NCBI GenBank assembly: GCA_964533495.1
Contig: CAZHJU010000001.1
Span: 45,124 to 109,123 of the forward strand
DNA: 64,000 bases
Source of the DNA: an uncultured Bordetella sp.
GTDB taxonomy: Bacteria; Pseudomonadota; Gammaproteobacteria; Burkholderiales; SG8-41
Direction of reading: 5' to 3'
The position numbers were made by a program, and so were the translations under genes. Shown here one piece after another: positions 18,490 through 34,212 of this stretch (its first letter is position 1; every line of letters begins with the position of its first letter). The notes under the pieces are model-generated. The model was not told where the DNA came from and ran no database searches. It saw only the letters and a program-made list of their open reading frames with translations.

Positions 18490-19279
18490 CGCGGATGAAC
18501 ACCAGCGTCTCCCGCGCGCAGTCCTCCGCATCGCTGGCGGCGACGTGGTACGACTTGCCCGGCAGCACCAGCAGCTGCGAATCGGGAATCTGCTGCTGCC
18601 ACTCGCGGGTGCGTTCGACGGTGCCGAGGCCGCTTTCCTCGGTGGTGATGACCAGCGTCGGGCATTTGATTTTCGGCAGCTCGGCGCTGATATCGGCGTA
18701 GTTGATACTGCGGTTGAAGCCGATCAGCGAGGACACCGGCGCGCGGCCCATGAATTTCGTCCACCACTCGACGCCCTTGGCAGGGAAATGCTCGCCCAGG
18801 CGCCCGTCCATCGTGCGCCGCGCCCAGTGCTTGGCGCCCTTCGTTTCGTACTCCTCGATCAGCGCGGGAATCTGCTCCGCGCCGGGACGCCTGGCCTGCG
18901 GCGTGCCGACGACGGTCAGCGACAGCAGGCGCTCCGGACGGCGCGCGGCAAACACGCGGGCGACGGTGCCGCCGATCTTCGCAGCAACGAGGTGAAAACG
19001 CTCGACGCCGAGCTCGTCCATCAGCCGGCAGTAGTCGTCGATCAGCCTGTCGAAGGTCCACTCGTACTCGCGCGGCATCGGTGTCGACCGGCCGTAGCCG
19101 CGCATGTCGGGGCGCACCACGCGAAAATGCCGCGCCAGCACCGGCACCCAGGCATACCAGGACAGGCTGCTCTCGGCGTTGCCGTGGAGCATCAGCACGG
19201 CGTCTGGCGCGGTCCAGGGATCGGTAAAGTCGTCGACGCGGTAAAAGATCTCACAGTCCGCGAGTTTCAACACGGGCAT
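18458..19279 (-). CDS. alpha/beta-hydrolase-fold protein with degenerate nucleophile elbow (A-A-K-I-G-G)
   Basis: ORF 18458-19909. Start moved to ATG 19279 (MPVLKLADCEIFYRVDD...LMLHGNAESS...). The elbow reads HLVAAKIGGTVA, with Lys where Ser is expected. Confidence 0.65.
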   Translation of the reverse strand: MPVLKLADCEIFYRVDDFTDPWTAPDAVLMLHGNAESSLSWYAWVPVLARHFRVVRPDMRGYGRSTPMPREYEWTFDRLIDDYCRLMDELGVERFHLVAAKIGGTVARVFAARRPERLLSLTVVGTPQARRPGAEQIPALIEEYETKGAKHWARRTMDGRLGEHFPAKGVEWWTKFMGRAPVSSLIGFNRSINYADISAELPKIKCPTLVITTEESGLGTVERTREWQQQIPDSQLLVLPGKSYHVAASDAEDCARETLVFIREKSKNINENK

Positions 19280-19293
19280 GGTCCGGGTCTCCT

Positions 19294-20703
19294 TCAGTCG
19301 CGGCCAGCCAGCAGCCGCATCAGGCGGTCGGGATTGCGGGCTTCGGAGAAATTGCGCACCTCCCCGAGCAGCGCGTCGACCCGGGCCGGATCGAAGCGGC
19401 GGCGCATTTCGGCGCGGAAGCGCGCGACGTGGTCGTCCATAGTAAAGGGGCGCGACGCGCTGCCCTTCGGCGCCTCGACGAATTTCTCGACGGTCCCGCC
19501 GGATTTCAGCGTGAACGCGACCTTGGCCCCGACCGACTGCTCGGTGCTGACGCGCTCGGCGTCGGCATCCAGCGCACAGTCGATGGCCTTCGAGATCGCC
19601 ATCGTTTCCGGATCGGCCAGCGCGGCCTCGAAGTCGTCGATGTTGATGGTGAAGCCCGGCGCGGCATCCCGTCCCATGCGCAGGACCATCGCCATGCAGA
19701 AGGGCAGGCTCATCTGCCCGGCCTGCACGTCCTTCGGCTCGCCGACGGTGAGCCGGCCCTGGATGATTTTCGGGATGCCGACGCGGACAGATTGGATGTC
19801 GACCGCGTTGAGGCCGTGTTCGCGGCACAGTTCGGCCGTGGCCTCGATCGCGGAGAGCACGCGGGCGCTGGTGGCATGCGGCTTGATCGCGGTCTCGAGC
19901 AGGCGCCACTGTTCGCCGAGGCCGGCAAGGCCCTTGTCGAAATCATGGCCGTCGGCGTAGGCGCGGGCGAACCCGTCCTTGCCCTCGAGGATGTCGACCG
20001 GCCCGGAAAACCCGGCGTCGGCGAGCAGCGCGGCGTGCATGCCCTCGCCCGCCGCATGGGCGGCGTGGATGCGCTTGACGGTGGAGCCGGAATGGTAGAA
20101 CTGGGTCAGCCCGCCGCTGAACGAGGCCGCGAGGCCGAGGGTTTCGGCGATGCGCGTGGTGCGGTCGCTGCCCATGAACATCAGGCAGGCGGCCGCGGTC
20201 GCCGCGCCGAAACCGCCGCAGGTCGCCGTGCTCTGGAAGCCGCGCCGGAAATGCGAGGGCTGGATCGCCAGCCCGATGCGGATCATGTTTTCGTAGCCGG
20301 CGGCGATCGCGGCGAGGATGCGGCCTCCGGAAGCGCCGCGCGCCTCGCCGAGCGCCAGAGCCGCCGAAATGACGATGCAGCCCGGGTGCAGCATCGAACC
20401 CACGTGCACGTCGTCGGCGTCGATGCTGCCCGCATAGGTGGCGTTGACGAAGGTGGCGCGCTCGGGATCGCTGCGATCCTGGCTGAACAGCAGCGTCGAC
20501 CGGCCGTTGCCGCCCAGTTCGCCCGCGAGCTTCGTCGCCCATGAGCTCCAGGGCATGCGCTGGCCGAGCGAGGCGACGCGCAGGTAGTCGAGCAGGAATA
20601 CCGTCAGCGCTTCGCGGACTCCGGGCGGCAGGCCGTCATATTTGAGTCCGGCGGCAAAACCGGCGAATCTGCGGGTTGCGGCCGGTGCAGGATTCTCCGC
20701 CAT
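19294..20703 (-). CDS. MmgE/PrpD-family protein (2-methylcitrate-dehydratase-like)
   Basis: ORF 19294-20961. Start moved to ATG 20703 (MAENPAPAATRRFAGFAAGLKYDGLPPGVRE...). Family-typical N-terminus and length (470 aa). The start lies 1 nt after the Bug stop. Confidence 0.8.
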   Translation of the reverse strand: MAENPAPAATRRFAGFAAGLKYDGLPPGVREALTVFLLDYLRVASLGQRMPWSSWATKLAGELGGNGRSTLLFSQDRSDPERATFVNATYAGSIDADDVHVGSMLHPGCIVISAALALGEARGASGGRILAAIAAGYENMIRIGLAIQPSHFRRGFQSTATCGGFGAATAAACLMFMGSDRTTRIAETLGLAASFSGGLTQFYHSGSTVKRIHAAHAAGEGMHAALLADAGFSGPVDILEGKDGFARAYADGHDFDKGLAGLGEQWRLLETAIKPHATSARVLSAIEATAELCREHGLNAVDIQSVRVGIPKIIQGRLTVGEPKDVQAGQMSLPFCMAMVLRMGRDAAPGFTINIDDFEAALADPETMAISKAIDCALDADAERVSTEQSVGAKVAFTLKSGGTVEKFVEAPKGSASRPFTMDDHVARFRAEMRRRFDPARVDALLGEVRNFSEARNPDRLMRLLAGRD

Positions 20704-20704
20704 C

Positions 20705-21670
20705 TCAATTGCCCTTGATTTTTCCGGCGGTGATGACCTTGCCCCATTTCTCGTAATCCGCCTTGTGGTACGCCGCCAGCGCGGCAGGCGTCCCGCCGGA
20801 AGGTTCGGCACCGTCGAGAGCCAGCGCTTTCCGGATGTCGTCGGTGGCCAGCACCTTGTTGCCGGCGGCATTGACCCGCTCGACCGCCGCGGCGGGCAGG
20901 CCGGCCGGGCCATAAAGCCCCCACCATTGGCTGGATTCGAAATCCCTGATCGTTTCGGCAACCGTGGGCAGTTCCGGCGCGATCGCGATGCGCTTCGCGC
21001 TGGTCACCGCCAGCGCTTTCAGCCGTCCGGCGCGCACCTGCGCCGAAACGCTGGGATAGGCGGCGAACAGCACCGAGACGTTGCCGGCGACGGTGTCGAT
21101 GGTCGCCGGCGCGGCGCCCTTGTACGGCACGTGCAGCATGCTCACGCCGGCGCGCTGGGAAAACAGCTCGCCGGTGAGATGGCTCAGCGTGCCGGCGCCG
21201 TTGGAAGCGTAGGCGAGCGCGCCGGGTTTCGATTTCGCCAGCGCGATGAAGGCCTTGACCGAATTCACCGGCACCGAGGGATGCACGGTCATCACGTTCG
21301 GCGCGTCGCCGATCTTGACGACCGGCGTGAAGCTGGTGAGCACATCATAGGGCGCCTTCGCGCCGAGATGCGGGTTGATCGACAACACGCTCGACGAAGC
21401 GAACAGCAGCGTGTAACCGTCGGCAGGCGCGCGCGAAGCGACTTCGCCGCCGATCATGCCGCCGGCCCCGCCGCGGTTGTCGACGATGATCTGCTGGCCG
21501 AGCAGCGGCGACAGGCGCGTAGTGAAATGGCGCGCGACGATGTCGGCGGCGCCGCCGGCGGGAAACGGCACGATGACGCGCACGGGCTTTTCGGGATAAC
21601 CCTGGGCAATCGCGGCGAGCGGGAAAATGGCGGCGAGCAGCGCCATTACGGGAATGCGCGGGGATTTCAT
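20705..21670 (-). CDS. Bug/TctC-family TTT substrate-binding protein
   Basis: ORF 20705-21802. Start moved to ATG 21670 (MKSPRIPVMALLAAIFPLAAIAQGYPEKPVRVIVPFPAGG). Confidence 0.9.
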   Translation of the reverse strand: MKSPRIPVMALLAAIFPLAAIAQGYPEKPVRVIVPFPAGGAADIVARHFTTRLSPLLGQQIIVDNRGGAGGMIGGEVASRAPADGYTLLFASSSVLSINPHLGAKAPYDVLTSFTPVVKIGDAPNVMTVHPSVPVNSVKAFIALAKSKPGALAYASNGAGTLSHLTGELFSQRAGVSMLHVPYKGAAPATIDTVAGNVSVLFAAYPSVSAQVRAGRLKALAVTSAKRIAIAPELPTVAETIRDFESSQWWGLYGPAGLPAAAVERVNAAGNKVLATDDIRKALALDGAEPSGGTPAALAAYHKADYEKWGKVITAGKIKGN

Positions 21671-21909
21671 GGCAGGACCTTTCGATACGGATGCTGGATG
21701 TCGCGGCAGCCCGTGGCAGCGCGAACGGGGAATGATTCCGGTGTTTCGTTCCGCTCCGACGCCGGGCGGATGCGCCATTGTAAACCGCAATGTCCACGAC
21801 ATTCACCGGCAAAGACCAGCATATGAGCGCCGCGGGAACCGGCGCTCAAGGACATTCACCTTCCTGAAATACCGATGATCGGAATGCCGGCGTCCATCGT
21901 GACGGCCTC

Positions 21910-24831
21910 CTAGACGGTCTTGCCCAGATACTGATCGATGTCGACTTCGTCGATCTGCTCCGGCCGTATGAAGCGCCGCGCGTACTCGAGGTAAACGCCG
22001 GAGCGGAGAAATAATTCGAATAGATCGGGGTCAATATGCCGATCCTTGTTCATGAAGGACATGATCTTCAGTGCCTCCGACAGCGTTTTTCCCTGCTTGT
22101 ACGGGCGATCGCCGGCGGTCAGCGCCTCGAAGATGTCGGCGATCGCCATCATCCGCGCCACGGGACTCATCTGCTCGCGCGTCAACCCCTTCGGATAGCC
22201 GGTGCCGTCCATCTTTTCATGATGACCGCCGGCGATCTCGGGAACACTGCGCAGATGCTTGGGGAAAGGCAGCTGGCTCAACATGACCAGCGTCTGCACG
22301 ATGTGCTCGTTGATCTTGTAGCGCTCCTCCTCCGACAGCGTGCCGCGGACCACCGACAGATTGTGGAACTCGCCCTTGTTATAGAGAAATTCCGGCACCG
22401 CCATGTGGAAACCCCACCGGTTGTCTTCGGACATGCGGTCCTGGGGACGACGCTCGAACAGGTGCTCGGGCTTGTCGGCGAGCAGCGTCTCGACGGCCGG
22501 CAGCGCCGGCGCCGGCACGCGTTCCCTGCGCACCTTCTCCTCGCGGGAGATGCCGATGCGATCATCCAGGGTGCGCATCCAGGTCCGCCGCCCGATGGCC
22601 TTCAGCCGCTCGATTTTTCCCGGGGCCATGAATTCGCCGCCCTCGTTGCAGGCCGCGACAAATGCGAAGTCGTCGTCGAGCTGCCCCAGCTCGGCCGCCA
22701 GCCGCGCGGCGGCAGCGGGCTCCGGCTCGCCGGCGGCCACCGCCTTCAGGCAGGCAATCTCGGCATCGCGTTTGAGTACCTCGAAGCGGGTGCGCACCTC
22801 GTGAATGCGGTCATACAGGGTTTCGAGCTTGGTTGCCTTGTCGACGATGTACTCCGGTGTGGTGACCTTGCCGCAGTCGTGCAGCCAGGCCGCGACATGC
22901 ACGGCCTCCCAGTCCTCCTCGTCGAGCCGGAAATCGGCAAACGGCCCCTCCTTCTGGATGCAGGCCGCTGCGGCCAGCATCTTGGTCAGTTCCGGCACCC
23001 GCGCGCAGTGCCCGCCGGTGTACGGACTTTTGGCATCGATCGCGCCGGCAATCAACCGGATGAAGGCCTCGAACAGTGCTTTCTGCGACTGGATCAGTTC
23101 ACGGGTTTCGAGCACGCCCGCGTAAAAGCCGGACATGGCCTGGACGAATGACAACTGGGCATTTTCGATGACGGTACGCCGCCGCAGCAGCAACAGGGCC
23201 ACCAGCTCGCGCTGGCGATTGAGCAGCGGCACGGCCACGCCCTGCAGGGCGTCCAGCGCGGCGAAGGGATCCGCGCCGCTCATCCCGGCAAGATCCGCGT
23301 CCTCCAGCGGGGCGGCATGCGCGCTTCCGGATCGCAGCGCCGCATCGACCAGAGGGCCGGCGGCGCCGGGAACCAGTGGCGACAGACCGGCATCAGTAGC
23401 CGCGCCACGGACGTCACGCACCGCCACCGGCAGCAGGCGGCCGTCATCGCTGAGGTAGAGTACGGCAACGTCGGCTTCGGCCGCTGCCATGATTTCGGTG
23501 AGCAGCATGGTCAGCATGCGGTCAATGTCTTTCTCCCCCGCGAGCACCAGACTGATGTCGAGAAAACGCCGGATCGCCTGCTTCATGCCTTCCATCGTCA
23601 CCGCAAGCTTGTCGACTTCATCGATGGCCGAATGCACGGTCACTGGTTTCGAGAAATCGAAGTGGCGTATCGCCTCGGCTTCTGCGGCGAGCATGCGCAG
23701 GGGTCGCGCCACGACGCGCGCCGACAGCCAGGTCAGCGGCATCGCAAAACCGAGGATCAGCACGATGACCAGCAGCGCCGTGTTGCGCAGCCTGTTCGCG
23801 GCGGCAAGCATCTCCTGCTCGGGGATGGCGCTGACCAGGTACAACGGCTCGGTGTTCTCCATCAGCATCGGCTCGATCGAAACCCGCCAGTCTGCGCCCC
23901 CGGCCTGCAGCCGCAGGCGCAGAGGGCCGGTCGATTTCATGTCCGCGATATGCCCGGAGAGCAGGGGCAGCACCGGCAGTCCGGAATCGGCCATGCCGGT
24001 CAGCGCGGGCCGGGCATCGGAATCCGCAGAAACCGTGACCAGCCGCCTGACATCCTCGTGCGCAATCAGCTTTCCCTGCGCATTCACCAGGGCAATCTGG
24101 GTGCCGGGCGTCACCTTCTGCCGTGCAAGGCTTTCGCCCAGCGTGTCGAGCTCGATGTCGGCTCCGACGACGCCGAAGCCCAGATTGGAGCGGATGGCCA
24201 GCGTCATGCCGACCTTGCGGTTGGAGAAAAACAGGTACGGCGGCGTGAGAATCGCGGACGTGGCCGCGAAGGCATCCGTAAACCATTTGCGGGCGCGCGG
24301 ATCGTAGTCCGCCGGATAATCCGGCTTGTCTTCCTGTCGCAGCACTTCCAGGGCATTGCCAAGGTACAGGTAGGTGCCGCGCCCGCCGATGCCGCCCCCG
24401 CGCTCGATGCTCTGGACCATGTAGCGGGTGTTCAGCGGCGCCTTGAACAGCTCGCGGTCGGCGACGCTGCGCAAACGGCGCACAAAGAAAAAATCCCCGC
24501 TGCCGTAGCCGAAATAGAGCGAAGACAGTGCCGGCGCCTTGTCGAGCACGCCGCGAATCATGTCCAGCTGTTCCATGCGGGTGCGGAGGGAGTCCGCCAT
24601 GGTAAGCCGGTCGTGGCTCAGCATGCCGACGACCAGCTCCGCGGGTTCGATCAGATGCCGGAATTCATCGAAGATTTCGCGGCTGGCGCGCAGCGTCAGA
24701 TCGTCCGCGGAAGTCTCAAGGATATCCCGCGACATCTTGTAACTGACCGCAGCCAGCGTTCCACCGACGATCAGCAGCACTGCCAGGAACAGCGTGGAAA
24801 TATGAATATGCAACGGATAGTGGCGTTTCAT
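21910..24831 (-). CDS. membrane sensor with HD-GYP domain (periplasmic Cache-like region, HAMP, GAF, HD-GYP); putative c-di-GMP phosphodiesterase
   Basis: ORF 21910-24900. Start moved to ATG 24831 (MKRHYPLHIHISTLFLAVLLIVGG...). Two TM segments flank a ~300-aa extracytoplasmic region. Intact HD (AAWLHDCGKVTTPEY) and HHEKMDGTGYPKGL motifs. Confidence 0.85.
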   Translation of the reverse strand: MKRHYPLHIHISTLFLAVLLIVGGTLAAVSYKMSRDILETSADDLTLRASREIFDEFRHLIEPAELVVGMLSHDRLTMADSLRTRMEQLDMIRGVLDKAPALSSLYFGYGSGDFFFVRRLRSVADRELFKAPLNTRYMVQSIERGGGIGGRGTYLYLGNALEVLRQEDKPDYPADYDPRARKWFTDAFAATSAILTPPYLFFSNRKVGMTLAIRSNLGFGVVGADIELDTLGESLARQKVTPGTQIALVNAQGKLIAHEDVRRLVTVSADSDARPALTGMADSGLPVLPLLSGHIADMKSTGPLRLRLQAGGADWRVSIEPMLMENTEPLYLVSAIPEQEMLAAANRLRNTALLVIVLILGFAMPLTWLSARVVARPLRMLAAEAEAIRHFDFSKPVTVHSAIDEVDKLAVTMEGMKQAIRRFLDISLVLAGEKDIDRMLTMLLTEIMAAAEADVAVLYLSDDGRLLPVAVRDVRGAATDAGLSPLVPGAAGPLVDAALRSGSAHAAPLEDADLAGMSGADPFAALDALQGVAVPLLNRQRELVALLLLRRRTVIENAQLSFVQAMSGFYAGVLETRELIQSQKALFEAFIRLIAGAIDAKSPYTGGHCARVPELTKMLAAAACIQKEGPFADFRLDEEDWEAVHVAAWLHDCGKVTTPEYIVDKATKLETLYDRIHEVRTRFEVLKRDAEIACLKAVAAGEPEPAAAARLAAELGQLDDDFAFVAACNEGGEFMAPGKIERLKAIGRRTWMRTLDDRIGISREEKVRRERVPAPALPAVETLLADKPEHLFERRPQDRMSEDNRWGFHMAVPEFLYNKGEFHNLSVVRGTLSEEERYKINEHIVQTLVMLSQLPFPKHLRSVPEIAGGHHEKMDGTGYPKGLTREQMSPVARMMAIADIFEALTAGDRPYKQGKTLSEALKIMSFMNKDRHIDPDLFELFLRSGVYLEYARRFIRPEQIDEVDIDQYLGKTV

Positions 24832-25053
24832 GGCTGCGCTCCCTTCACATCGTGACGATGTTACGCCCTGCAGTGCCTCGCGCCTGCGATTCATCCACAA
24901 TCTGGCTTCACGCCCGAAACGCGCGGCCGGCCCTCCTCTTCGGCAGCAGGACCCTCGCCGCCGCCTGTCGCCGCAAATCTTACACTCTCACCCGGTAGAA
25001 TCCCGGGTTCCGGCGGCAATTGTGCCGCCTCCCGCACTTTCCCCCCGGACACC

Positions 25054-30776
<5,723 letters not shown>

Positions 30777-30780
<4 letters not shown>

Positions 30781-31148
30781 AGCCGGCGCTGTTGCTGCGG
30801 CACCTGCCGGCGCTGGCGCTGCTGATCTTCGGCGCCGCGGCCCCTGCGCAAGGCGTCGATCGGGACCAGGCGCTGATCGGGGCCGCGGCAAAAGGGGATG
30901 CCGTCGCAGTACGCGACCTGCTGCAAAAGAGCGCCTCGCTGACGGCGCGTGACGGCGACGGGCGCACCGCGCTGGTAGCGGCGGCCTACGGCAACCACGC
31001 CGGAACCGCGCGCCTGCTCGTGGCGCACGGCGCGGATGTCGGCAAGGCCGATCGCGACGGGATCACGCCCCTCGCCCATGCGCGCCAGCGGGGATACCGC
31101 GACATCGTCCGCATTCTCGAAACAGGCGCACGCGCGGCAAACCCCTGA
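30777..31148 (+). CDS. secreted ankyrin-repeat protein
   Basis: 123 aa. Signal peptide is MKPALLLRHLPALALLIFGAAAPAQG. ANK repeats include DGRTALVAAAYGNHAGTARLLVAHGADV and DGITPLAHARQRGYRDIVRIL. The ATG overlaps the UvrA-like stop (ATGA). Confidence 0.8.
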
Positions 31149-31253
31149 TCGCGGCGGCGGTGTCCGGCACGGCTGTCGTCGCAAGGACGGCCGCGGCGCT
31201 CCGGCACGGGGTGCGGTCTATAATCGGCCGTCCCGCAACAGCGATCTAATGCC

Positions 31254-31688
31254 ATGCTCCCGACTTTCAAACACGCCCTTGTCGCCGCATTGGCGGCCAC
31301 GCTGGCGGCCTCCTGCGCCATCGTCGACAAACCGATCCCCCTGCCCGATGGCCGCTGGGAAATGACCACGTCCAGCTTCGTCGACGGCGGCCGCATGCCG
31401 GGCCTGCCACGGGCCACGCTGCAGATCGGCAACGGGCGAATTTCCGTATTCAGCGGCTGCAACACCGGCAACAGCAGCGTTGACTCGGTCGACGGCCGGA
31501 TGGTCGCTTCGCCGCTGGCGGCGACCCGCCGCGCCTGTCCGGAGCCCCTGGGCGCTTTCGAGGGGCGCTATTTCAAGCTGCTCGGCAGCAAGCCCTATTT
31601 CCGCGTCGAAGGCAATCAACTGATCCTTTCGGCCGGCGACGACAGCGCCCGTTTCCGCCGCGCCCCGGCTTCGACGGAGAACCGGTAA
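31254..31688 (+). CDS. META-domain (HslJ-like) lipoprotein
   Basis: 144 aa. Lipobox is LAASC. META-like segments are ISVFSGCNTGNSSV and ATRRACPEPL..FEGRYFKLL. Confidence 0.65.
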   Translation: MLPTFKHALVAALAATLAASCAIVDKPIPLPDGRWEMTTSSFVDGGRMPGLPRATLQIGNGRISVFSGCNTGNSSVDSVDGRMVASPLAATRRACPEPLGAFEGRYFKLLGSKPYFRVEGNQLILSAGDDSARFRRAPASTENR

Positions 31689-31706
31689 CCGCCGCCGGAG
31701 CCATCG

Positions 31707-32570
31707 ATGATCCGCAACACGCTCAAAGCCCACGTCAAGGACGTCGACGGACTGACGGTGCGCCGCCTGCTGCCGTCCGCCGCGCGGAAGATGGTCGGCC
31801 CCTTCATTTTTTTCGATCACATGGGGCCGGCGCAGTTCCGGCCCGGCGAAGGGATAGACGTCCGGCCCCATCCGCACATCGGGCTCGCGACGGTCACCTA
31901 CCTCTTCGACGGCGCGATCATGCACCGCGACAGCCTGGGTTGCGAGCAGCGCATCGCGCCGGGCGACGTCAACTGGATGACCGCCGGCCACGGCATCGTG
32001 CATTCGGAACGCAGCCCCGACCGGGAACGCGGCACGGCGCGCGGCCTGCACGGCATCCAGACCTGGATCGCCCTGCCGCGTGCCCATGAGCGCACCGAAC
32101 CGGCATTCGTCCATCACCCGAAAGCGACCTTGCCGGTGTTGCAGTGGCCGGACGTGGAACTGCGGCTGATTGCCGGCAGCGGGTGGGGAAAGCAGTCTCC
32201 GGTAAAAACCTTCTCGCCGATGTTCTACGGCGCGGTGACCGCGCGCGCCGCCGCGCAGTTCGAGATTCCGGCAGAACATGAGGAGCGCGCTGTCTACGTC
32301 GTCGACGGCGAGGTCACCGCCGGCGGCAGCCCGGTGGCGCAGCACACGGTCGCGGTCTTCGAACCGGGCGCCCCGGTCGCCATCGCATGCAGTAGCCCGG
32401 CGCGGCTGATGGTGTTCGGCGGCGCGCCGATGGATGGCGACCGTTTCATCCACTGGAATTTTGTCGCCAGCAGCCGCGACCTGATCGAGGAGGCGCGCAC
32501 GCGCTGGCGCGAGCAGCGCTTTCCCCGCGTCCCCGGCGAGACCGGGTTCATCCCCCTGCCCGAACGGTAA
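31707..32570 (+). CDS. pirin-family protein
   Basis: 287 aa. Cupin metal motif is RPHPHIGLATVTYLF...H. Bicupin length and HGIQTWIALP are typical of pirins. Confidence 0.85.
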   Translation: MIRNTLKAHVKDVDGLTVRRLLPSAARKMVGPFIFFDHMGPAQFRPGEGIDVRPHPHIGLATVTYLFDGAIMHRDSLGCEQRIAPGDVNWMTAGHGIVHSERSPDRERGTARGLHGIQTWIALPRAHERTEPAFVHHPKATLPVLQWPDVELRLIAGSGWGKQSPVKTFSPMFYGAVTARAAAQFEIPAEHEERAVYVVDGEVTAGGSPVAQHTVAVFEPGAPVAIACSSPARLMVFGGAPMDGDRFIHWNFVASSRDLIEEARTRWREQRFPRVPGETGFIPLPER

Positions 32571-32603
32571 AATCGCAGCTTATCCACGCCTGCCGGAGTT
32601 CCC

Positions 32604-33236
32604 TTGAGCATAGCCGCGCTGCGCCGCGAATACATGGGCGAAAGCCTCGACGAGGCCGATGTCGCCGCCGACCCCTTCACCCAGTTCCAGCGCTGGTTCG
32701 ACGAGGCGCTGCGGGCCGAGCTGCCGCTGCCCAACGCGATGACGCTGGCCACGGCGACCGCGGAAGGCGCGCCGTCGGCGCGCATCGTGCTGCTGAAAGG
32801 CTTCGATCGCGAAGGTTTCGTTTTTTACACCAGCTACCGCAGCCGCAAGGGTCTCGAACTCGCCGCAAACCCGCGCGCGGCGCTGCTTTTCCACTGGGCC
32901 GAACTGGATCGCGAGGTGCGCATCGAAGGCGACATCGAACGGGTCACCGCCGCCGAATCCGATGAATACTTCGACAGCCGGCCGCGCGGCAGCCGCCACG
33001 CCGCGATCGCTTCGCCGCAAAGCGAGCCGGTCTCCGGCCGCGCGGCGCTCGAGCAGGCATTCGCGGCCGCCGCCGCGGCCCACGGCGATGCGGCGAAACG
33101 CCCCGCGCACTGGGGCGGTTACCGGCTGCGGGCAATGGCCGTGGAGTTCTGGCAGGGCCGGCCCAACCGGCTGCACGACCGGCTGCTCTACACGCGTGAC
33201 GGAGAGCGCTGGACCCTCGGCCGGCTGGCGCCCTGA
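32604..33236 (+). CDS. pdxH: pyridoxamine 5'-phosphate oxidase
   Basis: 210 aa with a TTG start. Contains [24 protein letters not shown] and C-terminal [22 protein letters not shown]. Confidence 0.9.
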   Translation: MSIAALRREYMGESLDEADVAADPFTQFQRWFDEALRAELPLPNAMTLATATAEGAPSARIVLLKGFDREGFVFYTSYRSRKGLELAANPRAALLFHWAELDREVRIEGDIERVTAAESDEYFDSRPRGSRHAAIASPQSEPVSGRAALEQAFAAAAAAHGDAAKRPAHWGGYRLRAMAVEFWQGRPNRLHDRLLYTRDGERWTLGRLAP

Positions 33237-33306
33237 CGGCGGCGCGCGGCTCGGTCGCGCCCGACGGTATACTGGCCGCCCATTTCCGTCGCCCCGCCCG
33301 CCCATC

Positions 33307-34212
33307 TTGCCCGCACTGCCCTCCTCCCGCGCCTACGAATCCCTGCTGGCGTGGTATTTCGTATCGGTATGGGGGTCGGGTTTCCTCGCCACCAAGCTCG
33401 GGCTGCAGCATGCGGCGCCCTTCACCTTCCTGTCGCTGCGTTTCGCCTTCGGCCTTCTCTGCCTGATACCGCTGCTGCTGATCGTGCGTCCGCGCTGGCC
33501 GTCCAGCCGCAGCGAGGCGGGGCACCTGATCGTCGCCGGCCTGCTGATGCATGCCGTGCATCTCGGCGGCAGCCATTACACGCAGTACCTCGGCATGTCG
33601 GCCGGCATCACCGCGGTGCTGCTGTCGGTGCAGCCGCTGCTGACGGCGGTGATCGCCGGGCGCTGGATGGGTGAACGCATCGGCGCAAGGCAATGGGCGG
33701 GCATCGCGATCGGCCTCGCCGGCGTGACGCTGATCGTCTGGCACAAGATCGACGTGCGCGAGGCCACCGCCGGCGCGCTGCTCGCCGTCACCATATCGCT
33801 GGCGGGCGTGACCGCCGGCACGCTCTACCAGCGCCGCTGGTGCCCGACGGCCGACCTGCGCGCCGCGGCGCTGCTGCAATTCGCCGGCACGCTGGTGGTG
33901 CTGGCGCCGCTGGCCTGGCTGGTCGAAGGCGCGACCGTGCGCTGGTCCTGGGCGCTGGCCGGCGCCATCGTGTTCCTGGTGATCGGCGCATCCTTCCTGG
34001 CCGTCAACGCGCTGCACACGCTGATGCGGCGCGGACAGGCCACCCGCGTCACCAGCCTGATCTACCTGACGCCGATCTTCGCGGTGGCGCTGGAACTGGT
34101 CTTTTTCGGCGTCGTGCCGTCGGGCATTTCGCTGGCGGGCATCGCGGTGACCTGCTGCGGCGTGGCCATGGTGTCCTGGCAGAGAAAGCAGTCCCGGGAG
34201 ACCGCGGCGTGA
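33307..34212 (+). CDS. EamA/DMT-family transporter
   Basis: ORF 32962-34212. Its N-terminal part overlaps pdxH and is non-membrane-like. Start provisionally placed at in-frame TTG 33307. About 10 predicted TM segments, and ~300 aa is typical of DMT. Confidence 0.65.
   Translation: MPALPSSRAYESLLAWYFVSVWGSGFLATKLGLQHAAPFTFLSLRFAFGLLCLIPLLLIVRPRWPSSRSEAGHLIVAGLLMHAVHLGGSHYTQYLGMSAGITAVLLSVQPLLTAVIAGRWMGERIGARQWAGIAIGLAGVTLIVWHKIDVREATAGALLAVTISLAGVTAGTLYQRRWCPTADLRAAALLQFAGTLVVLAPLAWLVEGATVRWSWALAGAIVFLVIGASFLAVNALHTLMRRGQATRVTSLIYLTPIFAVALELVFFGVVPSGISLAGIAVTCCGVAMVSWQRKQSRETAA

Noticed and set aside
24832-25053. SOS (LexA) box or clear promoter upstream of the tandem UvrA gene.
   Set aside because: A good -10 (TAGAAT, 24996-25001) is present. 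The best -35 at 17-nt spacing is only GCAAAT. The single CTGT (24966-24969) is not followed by ACAG after 8 nt. This was too weak to annotate.
32962-33306. N-terminal 115 codons of ORF 32962-34212, overlapping pdxH in another frame.
   Set aside because: The extension is Arg/Pro/Ala-rich and non-membrane, unlike the rest of the EamA transporter, and it overlaps a well-supported gene. The start was moved to 33307.
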